Part shown: one piece after another, positions 12,066-27,000 of the stretch
How the letters are laid out: each line of letters begins with the position of its first letter
Position numbering within the stretch: position 1 is the first letter of the stretch
From: Lepidodermella squamata
Taxonomy: Eukaryota; Animalia; Gastrotricha
Direction: 5' to 3'
Length of the DNA: 64,000 nt
NCBI GenBank assembly: GCA_047495785.1
Contig: JBLDXI010000013.1
Coordinates: 4,650,001-4,714,000 of the forward strand
Notes under the pieces: model-generated
Database searches by the model: none
What the model saw: only the letters and a program-made list of their open reading frames with translations
Told to the model about the DNA's origin: nothing
Made by a program: the position numbers and the translations under genes

Positions 12066-15000
12066 TTAGACGTTGTTCATCGTCGGCACGCAGCTGGGCA
12101 AGTCGCTCCACAGACCACTCGGTTGGCATGTCACCATGGGATTTCCGACTATCCTGTAGCCCGGGTTGCACGTGAACATCAACCGGCGGCCGATTTCGGC
12201 AGATTGACCTGTAAAAAATAGTTAACAATTTAAAATTTAATTAAGAAAAAATTTAGGATATATCATGAATTTTCCCTCTTAAATTGGGAATCCAAACGTT
12301 TAGAATTTATCAGATTTTTTTTCAAAATACAAAGCTCTGTGGCATTAAATATTCCAGATTAAATTTCCCAAAATTATCCTTTTTATTGTGCCAAATCGCT
12401 AGATTATTTTCTATCAATAATCGAGAATTGGAGCCGATATCGATTTCTGTTATCGATATTACAAATCAGTGATTTTTCCGAAATTAGCAGTCTAGGATCC
12501 CATAAAAGAATATGGGGGTACCAGAAAGCTAAAAAATCCCATGGTGTCATGATGTGTTCTCATCAAACAAGTAAGAATAAAACAAGTCGAAAAAGAAAAT
12601 AATCGGAAAAATCTAGGGCTAAAATGCTCAAATTTAGCGCCGGAACCTTGCAAAGTGGTGCGAAAGTTACATTTTCTTATTTTAACTACACGATACCATT
12701 GTTATTCAGAATACTTTTCAATTTTTCCTTCACGGACTACTAATATTGGAAAAATCACCGAGTTGTAAAATCGATAACAGAAATCGACATCGGCTCTACT
12801 AGTTGAAGTAAACTCAAAAATTGACCGCTTACATCGCAAAATACGCCTCATAAAAAATCGATACGAGAAAAACGAGAAACTCAAAAATATTTCCAGATTC
12901 TTCTCCCCAATTTCCCAAACTGACCCAAGTTAATTTTTAAAATCATAAACAAATTGATTTCACTCCTAGATTTTCCATTTTTCCCGCTACCTGAAAAAAC
13001 TGAAAGCTGAGACGAAAACTGACCATCGTGCAGGGCGTTGTCGACGCGCGGGAACTCGCCGCAGTTGGTGGCGAGCAGGCACTGCTCGGTGCGCGACCAC
13101 TCGCCGCTGGGCAGGCACGCGGCGCTGAAGACGGAGAGGCGGCTGACGGGCGTGACGAAGCGCCGGTCGCACTGCACGACCACCGACTGGCCGTAGACGG
13201 CGAACACGCCCGTCGCGTTCGAGTGCGCCACCGTCAGCGGCGTGCAGCCGACCACCTCCGGGCACCGCACCACGTCGACGTGCACGGCCGGGTAGCCGAT
13301 GTAGTTGGCGATGTGCAGCCGCAGGTAGCGCACGGCCGCTAGTGGGGATGGCGATGGAAACCTGAGATGAAAAATAATAAAAGATAAATTAACACACAAA
13401 AATGATAAAATACTCGATTAATGGTAAAAAATGATCAAGAATTGAAATTGAATTCAGATTCACGATGGATAACTTTGGGGAAAGTTTAAAATCAACTCAA
13501 GCTTGAAAAAGTCTGAAATTCGAACCAAAAAATGGCAAAGCGGTTCCTGAGTTTTCCGCACATTTGTCAGTTTTATCAACAATTTAATCGGTTAAGGGTT
13601 CAGGGTCTTGTGAATTTCAAGATTAGCCCATAAATTTGAAACAAATTCAGAAAAGAAAATTCGAAACCACCTTTTGCTCAATTAAATATTCATTTAGAAA
13701 AACAATTTGAATAGTGATTTCTTAGTATTTGAAAGTCGCATCTTTAACGAAATATCCCCAACTTAATCGACCGCATCGATAATTGATTTTCAAATTTCAG
13801 CACTTATGTTAGGGTTTAAACAGTAAAAAAAGAGATGTTGCGTATTCAAGGTTTTTCCTATTACTCATCCGAGACCCGAGACTTCAGTTTCAGTTATAGC
13901 GTATACCAATGGCTGTCAAATTAACAGGGCCGAAGTTCGCCTCCACGCCATGCAACACATTTTTGCACCAATAATCACTAATTTTTTTCTAAGATAAGTA
14001 CAAATATGCAAATATTCCTCATGGCACAATTTCTCCTTATTCTAAAATGGGGCTTTTGAATTTTTTAGGAAATAATTAAGATCATACTTCTTGGGATCAT
14101 TACTTTATTAAGTTTTGCCCCAACGTCAGCCTCATCTGACGACAAACCCAAACCGCGATGACGAGACGTGGTGACTGGCCCTGAGCGCGAACTTGGCCTT
14201 ACGTGACCGGCTTTAGCCGAGCTCGTGGGCCGTTGATGAACGTTCCGGCCTGGTGGCTCTTTAATTAGGGCCACTTCCGGAGGGGTCAGTCGCTTTCAGA
14301 GCGGCTTTTAAAGAAAATACAAAATTCTGGCTTGCAATAATCCTCGATTTCCTATATTCCTTAAGGAATTCAGGCGATTTGTTGGGACTTTTGAATTCTG
14401 TGCATCAAGTTTGCCTTTAATCAACATTTCATGAGGATCGATTTTATCGAAAGTGAGAATGAAAAATCAATCACCCCGTGTATGCATGAAAAAGCTTACG
14501 ATCTCAAAGTCGCCAAAGAATTCAACGAAATAATTACTGGCAAATCTTGTTCCACCAAAATTTGATTCTGTTTCCAAGTTTTGCCAGTGTGACATATTCG
14601 GGGTTTTTAGGCCGCATTTTTAGAACCTAATAGAAATTCGAATAAATTACCTGCGAATTACGACAGATCTGGCGTCCCAATTTCCATCAATCATCGCCGC
14701 AACCGAAGGTTCCGACTCCAACTGCTGCCAAGTCTGGCCGTTTGCGCTGAATGTGATGTAGTACCGCGAAATCCAGTGGTCCCACCGCCGCCGGCCCTGC
14801 AAAACCAGGGCACTGATTTGGTAGGGTGCGCCAAGGTCTAGCTGTAGGAATCCGTCATTTTTATCGCACTCAGACGGACACCAGGCTTGTAACGCCGAGG
14901 ATGTGAATAGCGCGTGAGTTGGGTCGCAAGATGCGCCGAAAGTGCCTGGGCATGTCGATCGCGGCTTGGCCGGGGCGCCCATTCTGGCCGAGCTCGAGGC

Positions 15001-18000
15001 TGCGAAAGTGATTCCGGCTGGAATTTCACTTGAAATCACTGAGCAGTGGTCGATAGCAGCTAATAAAGAGTGAAAAAATCGCAAAATTAGTGGTAAATTG
15101 AATCAAGTTATATCAAATCGGGGTTTCACTTTCTATTCCATTTTTTTGCATGATACCTGTGAGATGCATAATCACTGTGAAACAAATTGACAAGTGATTT
15201 TACGATACCAAATGAAATACAGGGTTTTGAATTGAAGTGACCGTCAATTTTCTCATATGAAAAAATCATATGAGTAAAAATAATCTGTAGATGTTATATC
15301 GATTAGGAAAACTGATGGAAGTTCAACTTTCGAAATTTCGAATTGGAAAATATTTGGGCTTGGTTTGACGACTTGAGACCGAAAAACTGGACAGTTCGGT
15401 AAAATGCATTATTTTCAAGGAAATTTTGAAATGCTCAGATTTTGTTTTCAGTTTGACTTCAGTTTCAATTTGATCGAAGCAAAATTATTCATGGCAATTT
15501 GTTTTCTTTTCGAACTATTAAAAAATTTATTATAAATATATTATGGTTCTCAAATTTTTGGATTTTCCATGATTAAATTCAAATAAAATCCCATCAAATT
15601 TTACGTAATTTTCAGTACTTAAAACACGGAGTAAAATTGATTTGAGAAAATCCTTCGAAAATGACCCTTCAATTGATTGAATTTGACGTGAAGTTTGAAA
15701 TTTGTGTTTCCGCTAAGGGCTCGAGGCACCGGAGCCTCATATTCGGTCCAAGCTCTTGGTTCCTCTAATTTTCAACTTCCGACTTCCCTGATCTACCCAT
15801 GGGATGAAGCCAATCGTTCACATCCAATAAAAAATGCAAATTTTATGAACTTACATATGCACATGAAAGTGACTTCGAGGTAGAGCGATCGCAACGGGCA
15901 GGCTAGATTCAACTTCTGGCAATTGCCAAGAATGTTATCACTCGCAAACACGCTGCAATTCGACTTGTCGTTACACAACGCCGAAACGAAGGGCTTCACA
16001 TCGAAAAACCCGCAATCCGCCTCAATAGCGCCGTCATCAACCGGATTCTGTTGCCCACACGTCATTTCATTCGGGAAACTGATACGCCCGAAATGCGCCT
16101 GAACGATGCGAATGACGTCATTCGACCGGCTGCCGAAAGGACCGCCGCAGCTCAACTGAGCAACTGTGTTGTAGCAGATTTGCCGAGTCGTCAGAATCGC
16201 CTCAGCTTGGGGTTGAGGGTTGTAGGGTCCATTCGGGGTGGTCGGTGCGATTGTCGACGTCATCGGCATTTGTGACATAGTAATCGGCATTGGCGTGGTC
16301 GTCGGAGCGCTAGTTGGGATAATCGGGCCGTCTAGGCGTTGGTAGAAGCGGAGATTCACGTCGTTGCTCGAGTCCAGATTGCAGGCCTGGGATTTCGGCA
16401 GGCAGTGCTGTTGGGCGAGGATGTAAGTGAAACCGACGCAGTTTGCCATTGACCGGCAAGTATCGGCGCACTGGTCGCTTGAACAGGGCATGCATTCGCC
16501 TTGGGGTATGGTTCCACTCCAGCAGTTTTGGTTCGGCACCTCCTGGAAGCCGCGCGGGGTTGGGAACCACGTTGTTGCCGTTGGCTGGTTTGTCGTAGGC
16601 GCGGGCGTGGTGGGCGGAGCTCCAACTGAAAAAATTCGAATTAAATAGAATTAAATTAGAGTAAAATCAGATTATCCACATGAACATGATTCCCTAACGC
16701 TAATTAGAAAATAGGTTGATCAAGAATTAATCTAAACGATAAATCTTGCAAGCAGTAGCTAACTTCCAATACTATTTTTTAAATCAAGTTAGTGTTTTTT
16801 ACTACAGATTCGATTGATTTCGATGAGTTCTTCATCTCCATTATTTTTAAGCTCAAAAACTCTGAATATGACTCTAGTATCAAATCTAGTATCAAATCAC
16901 CGAAAAATCTGGAAAAATACCGAAAATTATCGAAAAATTACCAAAATGTGACCTTCGGGGTTTTTATTCCCAATTGTTCTAGTCAATTGCGAAATCAACC
17001 TAAACTTCGAAATATCGAACTCATCGAACTCCTTTATTTAATTTGATGGAAAACCCATTAGAAAGCAAAATAAAAGAAACTACAGCTGCCCCACAAGTTT
17101 TGCTACGTTTTGAGTTTTCACATTTTTGCTGACTAGTCAATTTTAACGCACTATGACAATGGTACTTAGATCGGTAATTTACGATATTTTACCAGATTAA
17201 ACAAAAATTCTGCGCAGTTTTCAATCTTATAGATCATAAACCAGTTCCTACTAGCATTTTCATTGAATTTTGAATTCCCACTGGCCTGGATCGAACATCA
17301 TAAATGCATTTTCCCTTTATACATTTTTGGTTACGATTTGGACAAATATTGTGCCATTCAAAGTCCTTACTATATAGTTGATAACATAGTCACGGTGAAA
17401 CAGGTTGACAAGTGATTTTACGGTTCCAAATATAAGACAGGGTTGTGAATCGAACTGACCGTCAATTACCACAGATGAAAAAATTATTCGCTGTTGTTTA
17501 TGGATGAGGCAAAAATAATATATCTTTATAAGTTATATCGGCTAGGCAAGGTCTTGAAAATGGATAGATCTGTTCAAATTTGTCCACGGCTTTTCGGAGA
17601 CTTTCTATGGAAGTTTTATGGAATAAAATTGCTTTTTCGGCGTTAATTCACAAGAGAACTTTTTAACTAAATTTCGAATTTTAAGCTCAGAAAAAGGTGC
17701 TATTTTCAAGGAATTATCAATTTTATGGTCGCGATTTAGACCAAAATTCAAAGTCCTCACTGATTTTTAGTTATTTTATAATCCTAAAATCATAACTCCA
17801 TTGATCCCAATTGATGCATCTTATTCTCCAGTCAATAATACATAATATATTTAAAGACGTGTTTGGTCAAGGTTGCACTAATTCGAACTAATTATAGCAA
17901 TGTAGAAAATAAATTACGTCTCGAGTAGAACACAATATTAGCATCAGGCGAGGGTGTAAAGCACGGCGTGGACACGGGCAAGCAGGTGCGTTCTGGGCCG

Positions 18001-21000
18001 ACCCAAGTGAAACCGACGCAGTTGGTACTCGCCCGGCAATTCGCGGCGCACTCTTCAATCGAGCACGCCTGGCAAGACAACTGCGCGAGTTGGATCGATG
18101 AAAAGCGGCAATCGAACAAGCTCGGCGGGGCAAAATCAGTAATCGCTTCAAATTATAAAAAAAAATCGTGAACACAATGACAAACAAAAATGTCTAAAAA
18201 CAACTTACGAGGTGGCGGGGTAGGAGCAACGGTAGTTGTGGTGTAGGCGGTTGAATAAACTGAAAATTAGTTATAAAAAATTGGTTATAAATCGGGAAAA
18301 AATCATTTTAAAATCCCAAAAGCGGTGTAATTATTGACCCAAAAGCTGTTTTTTTCGTATTTTTTTACTTTCAAGCTCTTGCTCATGGGAGCGAGAGTGC
18401 TCCATGGAGCCGTGGTGAGGGCGCCGGCGCGCACCTCCACCACCACCACCCTCGTGACTGCCGGCGCCGCCGCCGCCGCCCTGGAACATGTGGCGCATGC
18501 TGTTGCGGCGGTTCGAGCGTCCCATGAAACGGATACGCTCGCCCGGGTGGAAGTCGAAGAATACACCTGTGGGTTTTAGGGCGTCATTACTCGGAGCAGC
18601 CATCGCCCGGGGCAAATTACGCCCGCGGGCTCTAGCCATAGGTGAGAGTGTGGGGACAAGTGAGTCTTGACAGGGTGAATAATGAGAAGCAAAATTAATT
18701 CAAATGAAAAAAATTCAATTTTTTTAAATTGTTTAAAAAAAAAAATTTCAAACATACCCCGCTCATAGAATCGAATCTGCTCGTTAACAGTCGGGTTACT
18801 GCATGTCCCACTTTTCGGGATACACCTGCGAAGTTGATACGGAATGTACGTGAAACCACCACATCCAGGTAAGCTATCGCAACGACGGGCGCATTCCTTA
18901 GAAATTGGAAAAAAATCCATTTTAAAATAATTTATGAAATTAATTAAAATATTTACCAGTGCGCTGCAATCAACGCAACCGCCCTCGGATAGAATATTTC
19001 CATAACAATTACCAGGCAACAGATGGTATCCAGGAACCTCTGAAAAATGAATGCATTTCTTTTCAATATTTGTCAAATAATTTCGAAAAAAAACATAAAA
19101 AAGCAGGTGAGTGTAGGGCAAAATTATTCATCAAAATTATATTGGGTAAAGCAAATTAAAATTGTTCGGCAAAATCAACGAAATTGCTGCTGGTGATCTT
19201 TTTTCCTCACTTGGAAACACTCTTCTTGTCCCATTTGCAGGTGGTTGCCTTCGAGCTTTCTCACTCACGTCGGCCTTGTTAGAACTCGACCTAGGCGATG
19301 GGCTGATTTTCAACGAGTTCCAAAACGACGCGATCTGAAGCGGGGTTTTATTGCTGACCTCAACCGACCCTGGTAGCCGCGTGAAATCGTGCTTATTATG
19401 CGTACGAACCGACGCTACATTCCGCAATTCCTCCTCACGAGTCCCGGTCTTAGCGCGATTTCTAGGGCTGATATTCACACTAGGACCCGTTTTGCCTAAC
19501 CACGGCATTGGGGGTAGAGTCGGCCTTTCGCTGGTTAAAACGGGTTTTTTCGTCATGTTATCACTATTGCTATTACCCGACCGGGGATTAGCCGCGCTTC
19601 TAGCAGTAACCGGCAATATTTTCCGCTCTTTAATCGGCCCAATCGAGTAGGGATGTAAAGCACTACTTATCGTAGTCGGTTTTCTAAACACCCTGGGGGT
19701 ACTAGTTGAAGTGGTCCTCATCCTTGGGGTAGTCTGTGGCATTGTTTTTACAGTCTGTTTTTTGGCAATTGGCGTTTTCAACGTTGAAGTCGGCGGGGTT
19801 TTATACTTAATCCGAGGGTAGGGTATGAGACCGATAGGCGACGTTGAAGCTGTTGAATAATTCAATAAATTTCGGAAGAAAGGTTAAAATTTCCAAAGCG
19901 TTAGTTAATTTTTTCGCGATTTTTCTTACCGGCAAAAGTTGCTGGAGGTGTATTGCTATCTGTGGTTGTAATTTCGATGAAAGGCGCTGTTGTTGTTGTC
20001 ATTTCGGTAGGCCGCGTTGTGGTCGATCGTTGGGTGGTGGTTGTGTCCGGGTTCGGAGCCCAAGTTGGCAGCGTAGTGCCTTGAGTTGGCCGCGCTGTTG
20101 TTGTGATGATTTCCTCCTTAACGTAGAATTTAACGTCCTCAGCTGGAGGAGGCGATTGGCAAGTTTCCGATTTCGGAACGCATTGACGCTAAAATATATA
20201 AGAATATAATTTTTAAAAATCACTTCAAAGGGGAAAAATGGCTATTTTCGAATTTTTGAAAATTATTTTAAAATGCCAATTAAATTTATCTATCAATCAT
20301 CGATTAATTTATTTAACTTTTTAAATCGGGATAAATCGTGGCGAATTGTAAGAAATACTTTATTTGATATTACGACTCTAAAATGAGGTAATCCACGGCT
20401 AAAATTTCCCATTATTCCAATTTATAAGCATTACTAGAAGACCACATTTACTAGAATTTAGCTCAGTGGAATCACCTTTTTAGGTCAAGAAAATTTGCAA
20501 AAAATCACCTTTGCTAGAACGTAAGTGAAGCCAGAACAGCCGGGCAGAAGTGAGCAGCGTAACGCGCACTCCTCAATCGCGCAATTTTCACATCCCTGCT
20601 CGTCAATCGGCGAGCCGAAGCAGTTACCCGCCAGCTGTTTATAGCCCGGCAACGGCTTGAACCAAACCGCTGTAGTTGTCGGCCCTTCAGTCTGCGTGGT
20701 AGTCGACTGTGTTGTAGTCGTGGTGGTTGTTCGAGTCGTCGATGGAGTGGTCGTAGTAGACGACGTGGTGGAAGGCGTTGTGGGCGGGTTCGTTCGAGAT
20801 GTACTTACCACCCGGGTTGTGGTCGCATTCGTCTGACCGCCGGGTGTTACAGTACTGCCGCCCGGGTTCATTTTAACATACACGCGCTGCATGTCACTTG
20901 TGATCTGCTCGCGACATGTTTGCGACAACAGGTCACATTTCTCATTACTGAAAAGAAGTTATCAAAAATTAAATTAAAAAATTGAAATTTTTGAAATTTG

Positions 21001-24000
21001 ACAAGAAATCGAATTTTCATCGCAAAAATAGGTTTCTTAGAGTATATGCTTACTTGATATAATAAGTGAAGCCAGCGCAATCAGCCCTGCCATTACACCG
21101 CTCCTTACACTCATCGATTCCACAAGGCTGGCAATGGGTTGTCGTATTCGCCACAGGATCGCAATAGCCAGTCAGCAGCGTATAGCCATCGATCACTGAA
21201 AAATCGAGAAAAAAGTAATGACAAATTCAAAAATCATATTCGCAATTCAAGGCGAAAAGCTGGAAATTTGTTCTTCTCAATCATTCGTTCATTTCAGTCT
21301 GGTTTTCTACTACATAGATTATAGTCAGGATTCTACTCGCGTTTGCAAGCTTTTGCTGTGTATTTTTTAAGCTTGAACCGCACATGTTGTGATCGCAAAG
21401 ACGTTTTCCGAGGTCATCCTGCGAAACGCCGCTTTCCATCGAAACACCTCTACACATTTAGCAAGACATAAAAATCCCATATTATTATCCTGTAATAAAA
21501 ATTCCAACATTAATCATCTACTAGAAAAGACTACATTTTTTAGTAAATTTCTACTGAAGAAAGCTACGTTATTATTTATCATTAATATTGGCATGCAATT
21601 TCAACTATTATTTGAGATCAATATCCCACATTTCGCTTGTTAATTAGCATTTTAAGCGGCTTTTTATCAATTCTTACGCTGTAACATTCCCGGATCTTCT
21701 GTCAATAAAGTCTCGAAGACTATTTCGACAAGACAACACGCAAAGTTAGAAACGAACAGTCAAACAAAAATTACAACAAAAAAATTCGAATTTTTTTCCA
21801 ACTCACATTTGAAGCTAGGCTGGCCAGGCACTGAAAATAAATTAAGGCGGATTAATCGAAAATTCGATTTAAAAAGTGAAAATTCCTACTTTTTTGGTAG
21901 AATTTGGTGAATTCATTGGGGAACGGCCGATCGCATGTTTGCCACTTGAGGTAGCAAAGCCGGGTTTGAGAAACGAACGAAAACCCGGCACATCGGGCCG
22001 TAGCTGAGCAGAGCAGTGAGCAGTAATCCACCGTGCAATTTGAACACCCTCCATCGGGCACAACCGCACCAGGGCAGTTGCCGGCTAATAGTCTATAACC
22101 AGGAATCGCTATATAAAAAATTAATTGAGAATAAGAAATGACTTGGGAATTTTTTCAAAAAATATTGCACGCTAAAAAATAACAATGTGAGTACTAAAAA
22201 AATTGGCGGGTTCAACATAATACAACAGAGTGACTTTTTTCGGTGTCAAAAACAGGCAAACAAACCCGGCGCGTCGGACTGGCGTTTTACACGAACTAAA
22301 TCAAGGTTATGTAAGTTAACACATTTTGTTCCCAAAGCACTTTTACGGTAGAAAAATATGTACTTCTCGGGTGCTATTCTTGATACTTACCTGGGAAGAC
22401 TTTATTGTCGTATGCTTCTACGATAGCCTCAGCAGTTTGGCCCGCTTCTTCCTCGACCAATTTCGCATTCGCGTTCACTGCAGCGCTGTCATCGTGGGAA
22501 ACTCGAGGCTGGATCAAATATTCCTCTGGAGGGGAAAAAAGAAAAACATTCAAAATCAAGAAAAATTCCGAAAAATTGCCAAAAATTTGGAAAAAAATGG
22601 AAATCAATATTTAAATTTTTTTTGGAAATTGCATTAATTTCAATCAATTTCAAAGGAAAAATATCAAAATTTAATTAATACAAAAAATCAAAATATATTA
22701 AAATAATAATTTTTTATTTCTTTTATTACAAATTTTCTCACCTTTTTTGCCGTAGTAATGAACGCGATCGCTGGCCTCTGGAGCGACGCATTTTTCGTTC
22801 TTCAGCAAGCACCGATTTTCGTCGAGGATATACGAAAATCCGACGCAAGTTTGGAGCCGCGAACACGCCGAAGCACAGTCAAGCAGCGTGCAGTAGACGC
22901 AACTCTGCTCGGCCATCAAGCCGCCGCGGCAATTGCCCGGCAACTGTTCGTAGCCGCCAACGTGCTCGAACACCTTCGTCCACGGGATGTCAGGCCGGCC
23001 CATTTCGTTGCCGGAAGCAGCAGGGGCTGAGGTAGAGAAAATAACGAAGATTAACGCGAGATGCATGAGCCTGGCGTGGCGCATCGCAGTTGGCGGACTC
23101 TGATCACGACTTGTGTAATATCGCTTAAAACAAGTCATGTAATCTTTCTTTTTCGTAAACGCAGAAACAGAATCAAAACTCGTAACAGCGTACCACAACT
23201 ATATCATTAGTGGACGCCTATGTCTGGACGATTTTAAAAAGCTATAAATAGTAAAGAAAATATGAAAAACATGAATAGCAAACATTCACCAACATATATT
23301 TTAGAGTTGAGAGGGCCCACATTTTGCCTAGAAGCCCTACATTCAATTGTGCTAACGCGTTTTCGTTCAATTTACAGGATTAAGATACTTCTAATTATCT
23401 AAAACTGTGAAAACGTGTGATATCGTATGAAACTCTGCTCTTTTTAGGAATTTAACCAAATTTCGAGGCTATAAATGCCAAAATACCCAAGAATCATAAG
23501 GAGGTTATAATGGCGAAAACCTAAAATCTGGACCGAAAATTAACATATAGCATAGCTAAAATAAGTAGAAATGAAAAGAAAGCGCGCTTTTTTATGGGAA
23601 AACCAGTAATACCTGGGCAAGTAATTCAGCAAAAAACGAATGTTCTGAATTAATTTAACGAAGCCCGACTTTGTTGACGTCATTAGCAATTACTTTAAAA
23701 TAGAATTAGTTTTTCTTATAGAGGACGTTCTGATAAATAAAACGAACTAACTCAAAGCGCCAAAGCGAAAGGGAAAAAGTGAAATCCGGATTGAGATTCA
23801 ATATTATATGGATCTACCTTATCTCCATATGTAAACCTCGCCAAATAAATTGATTAGTCCTTTACCTAAATTTCCGGTTCATAGTTTACCAATATTTTCT
23901 TGTTTACCGAAAACAGGGAATTTATTCAAAGGTAATAGCATCATCTCGATAGATTGAAAAAACTATCAACGAATAACGAAAAATCTTACAGCGGAAGATT

Positions 24001-27000
24001 TACGGATAAAACGGTAAGTTATTGGGAATAAAAAAAATCTGACGAAAAAATTAAGGCGGCGTTAGAGACGCTATAATCGCGTGTATGACGCCAGGTAAGT
24101 TAATAAACCTAAATTAAACTAAGCCGAAAAAATTAGGTCACGCTGTTAAAATTAGCATGTAAAAATGTGTATAAGTTTGGTGCTGGGGGGCTATGACTAG
24201 AAGCGACCAAGTCCCCCACTCACGAGAGGGGCGATGATAAAATTGAGTGAAATTTCGCGAAAAGGTCATCGCTGCGAAAGCCACCTCGCGGGTAAATACG
24301 GCCGCATATGAGGCGAAACTATTTATAGCTTTGACACGTCTATGTGACAAGTTAAGTTGGCCCATCATCATCATTATGGTCATAATTGCCCGCTCAATCG
24401 CGCTGTACACACGAGAGAAGTGCTCAAACACGTGGTGGTGGTGGTGTGGGTATAGTTATACACTATATGCGCCTTGTGTAATAATAAGACGAAAAACAAG
24501 CGCAATCATTGGTCGGCAAACTTTGACGCTCACAGAATGTTAAACGGATACATTATATTATACGCGAAATATACGCGCAAATATGCAAACACAGCAAACA
24601 GAGGCCACGAGACGATAGTGATGATGATGATGATGAGCGAGATAATAGCCGGGGCGGGTAATTAGCTTCTTCCTTTCTCACCGCCCCGCCCTCTCAGGAA
24701 TTTCTCGAGCGCTGTAAGAAATCGCCGTAAATTTCGTGACTAAACGTTTTAGGCGTATAAACGTGCCACTACAATCACGCCCCATTAGCGCGAGTAAATA
24801 TATTATAAAGTGAAATTAAATAACAGGTGGTAAAACTGTGCGGTAAATTAAGAACGGCGCGACACGTGACGCGTTGACCTCGAAAAGGCGGCTGTGAATT
24901 CTTGAGAAAGGCGGCGTCGGAAACGCGCCAACAACTTGAGTGAATTGTAGAGAACGCGTCCCTACATTTCCGAAATGTAAAACTTGAGTTGTCGCTTTTG
25001 TTTATCACTAGCGTTAGTTAGTTGGTCGTGTGTTGTTGTTTTTCGGGATCGTGAGACAAAAAATCGATTGATCGGATGTTTGCGGGCTAAAACCCGCCCA
25101 GGTTCGGGATCCATCGCGCAAACAAGGTAGGCTGGTTAGGTAGGCGGTTTTTAAGAGCACCCACTTGGCTAATATATTATGTTGTTCGTGTTGTTGGTTG
25201 TGGTGGTGGTGGTGGAAAATTATAACACACAAGGGCGTGTTGTTTGTATCGTGAGCTGCTTCTTCCCACCTCGATATTACTAGGCCGAGGAGCAGCGAAA
25301 TAAATGCATGAATAAAATATAGAGATTGTTTCTTCTGCAGCCACACAGCACATTTTGTCAACAGCCACCACAGCGATGCTATTATTATTATTATTATATT
25401 TTCAAGGCACCGCGACAACAAAGCGATCACCAACGAATGCGTCAGAGGGCGCTAAATATATACCTATACCTACCTAGCAGTGGCTATATAACAAAGAATG
25501 TGAAAAATATACGCGAAAAACGTTTTACAGCTCAAATAAACAAAAAATCGATGCAAAACGCGCCAAACACCTCAATTAAAAGTTTGATAACACATCAGAA
25601 ATTCAAATATTATTATTGTTCTTAGACCCAAATAACAAAGCGATTTCCTCTCTTCCTTACCTGAAGTAGGGCTTGTCGTCGGAACGTAGAAAATGCGAGG
25701 CGGCGGCGTGCTGTGCAGCGCCTCGGCCGTCGTCATCTTCATCAGCGGCCGGGCTTGTTTGACAACGGGCGCCGGGCGCGTCGCGGACATAGATTCGCGC
25801 ACGCGGAACAGCGGGAAGCCGGCGTTCGGTAGGACTTGCTCGAAATTTGTGTGGAAGTCGTCGTTGCGAATCGAGCTGTCGCAGTAGCCGCAAGTCACGC
25901 GGCACTCGCGCTCCATGTGCCGCCACTCGGGCGCGTCCCATCGACATGCACCCTAAAATTAATAAAATGAACAAAAATCAATCAAAATCAATCAAGGAAA
26001 AACAAAGTGACCGCATTGTCACTCTATTCCATTTTTAATTACGCATAAACATTATCGAAAATTGAGCTATATAAGGACCGATCAAAAGATTTAAGAAATA
26101 ATGCTGTATTTACATTTTTTTATCAAAATTCGCTGAACATTAAATTGTGCGAATTTCAGCCAATTATTGGCAATTATTAGGTACGCTAAAAATCTGTATT
26201 AGGCTATAAGTTAAATCAATGAAATACTAATTGGTCTCGTCAATAACGAAATTTTACCATATCAAAATATTAAATGGAGCGAGCCCTCACGAAGCTGGAA
26301 AGCGGGAATAAGAACCAACCTGAACGAGAAAAGCCAATTGGGCCACAGTGCTTTGGGTGTTTTGAATACGGATACATGCGATATCAATGCCCAAACGGTT
26401 CTATATATAGATCTCGCGGTTCTACGATATTTGCGCCAAACGACAACTGAACAAAAGTTTATTTTAATAATAATAATTTATTATAGCTGCGTCTCCGCTA
26501 GATAATCGGCCAGAATCCCCTTCACGTTGGACCTTTCTCAACGGCCGCAAGAATTAGCGAATCCATGATCGGAGCCAAGGCTCTTCAACGCGGCCTCCTC
26601 AGCTGCCCGCCGGCTGTGATTTTTAAGGTGGTCTATTCGCAGCGAAACCACGAAGGCATGAGATTTCACCATGTTCGGCGGGCGTAGAATGGTTTGTAGG
26701 AATGGCGGGGCGTCGAAAAAAATAGCTGCAATTGCCGCATCCTGACTGAACCACGCGCCCCATCAACCGATTCCGGGCCAACAAGGCCAAGCGCATCAAC
26801 ATGCCCGATCCGATCCAAAGGGCTCAGGCAGTTCGGCATGGAATGCGTTAGCGAGCAGGGCGCTTAACTCTGGACCAAACTAATTTCATAATATCAGCGT
26901 CAACCGAAAACTCGCCGCTCGAAATTCAAGATTGCCATTTGAGGCAACGCTCCAACGCTGTTTTCTTTGCGACTCAGCCATCACAGTCGACCTCGCCGGT

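Noticed and set aside
23027-23198. Independent start and signal peptide for the PAN-domain gene
   Set aside because: It coincides with a strong in-phase splice acceptor, so it is kept only as a possible alternative start.
24100-25620. Several short ORFs with poly-Ile, His, Met, Trp or Tyr runs
   Set aside because: They arise from trinucleotide microsatellites in an intron and show no coding signature.
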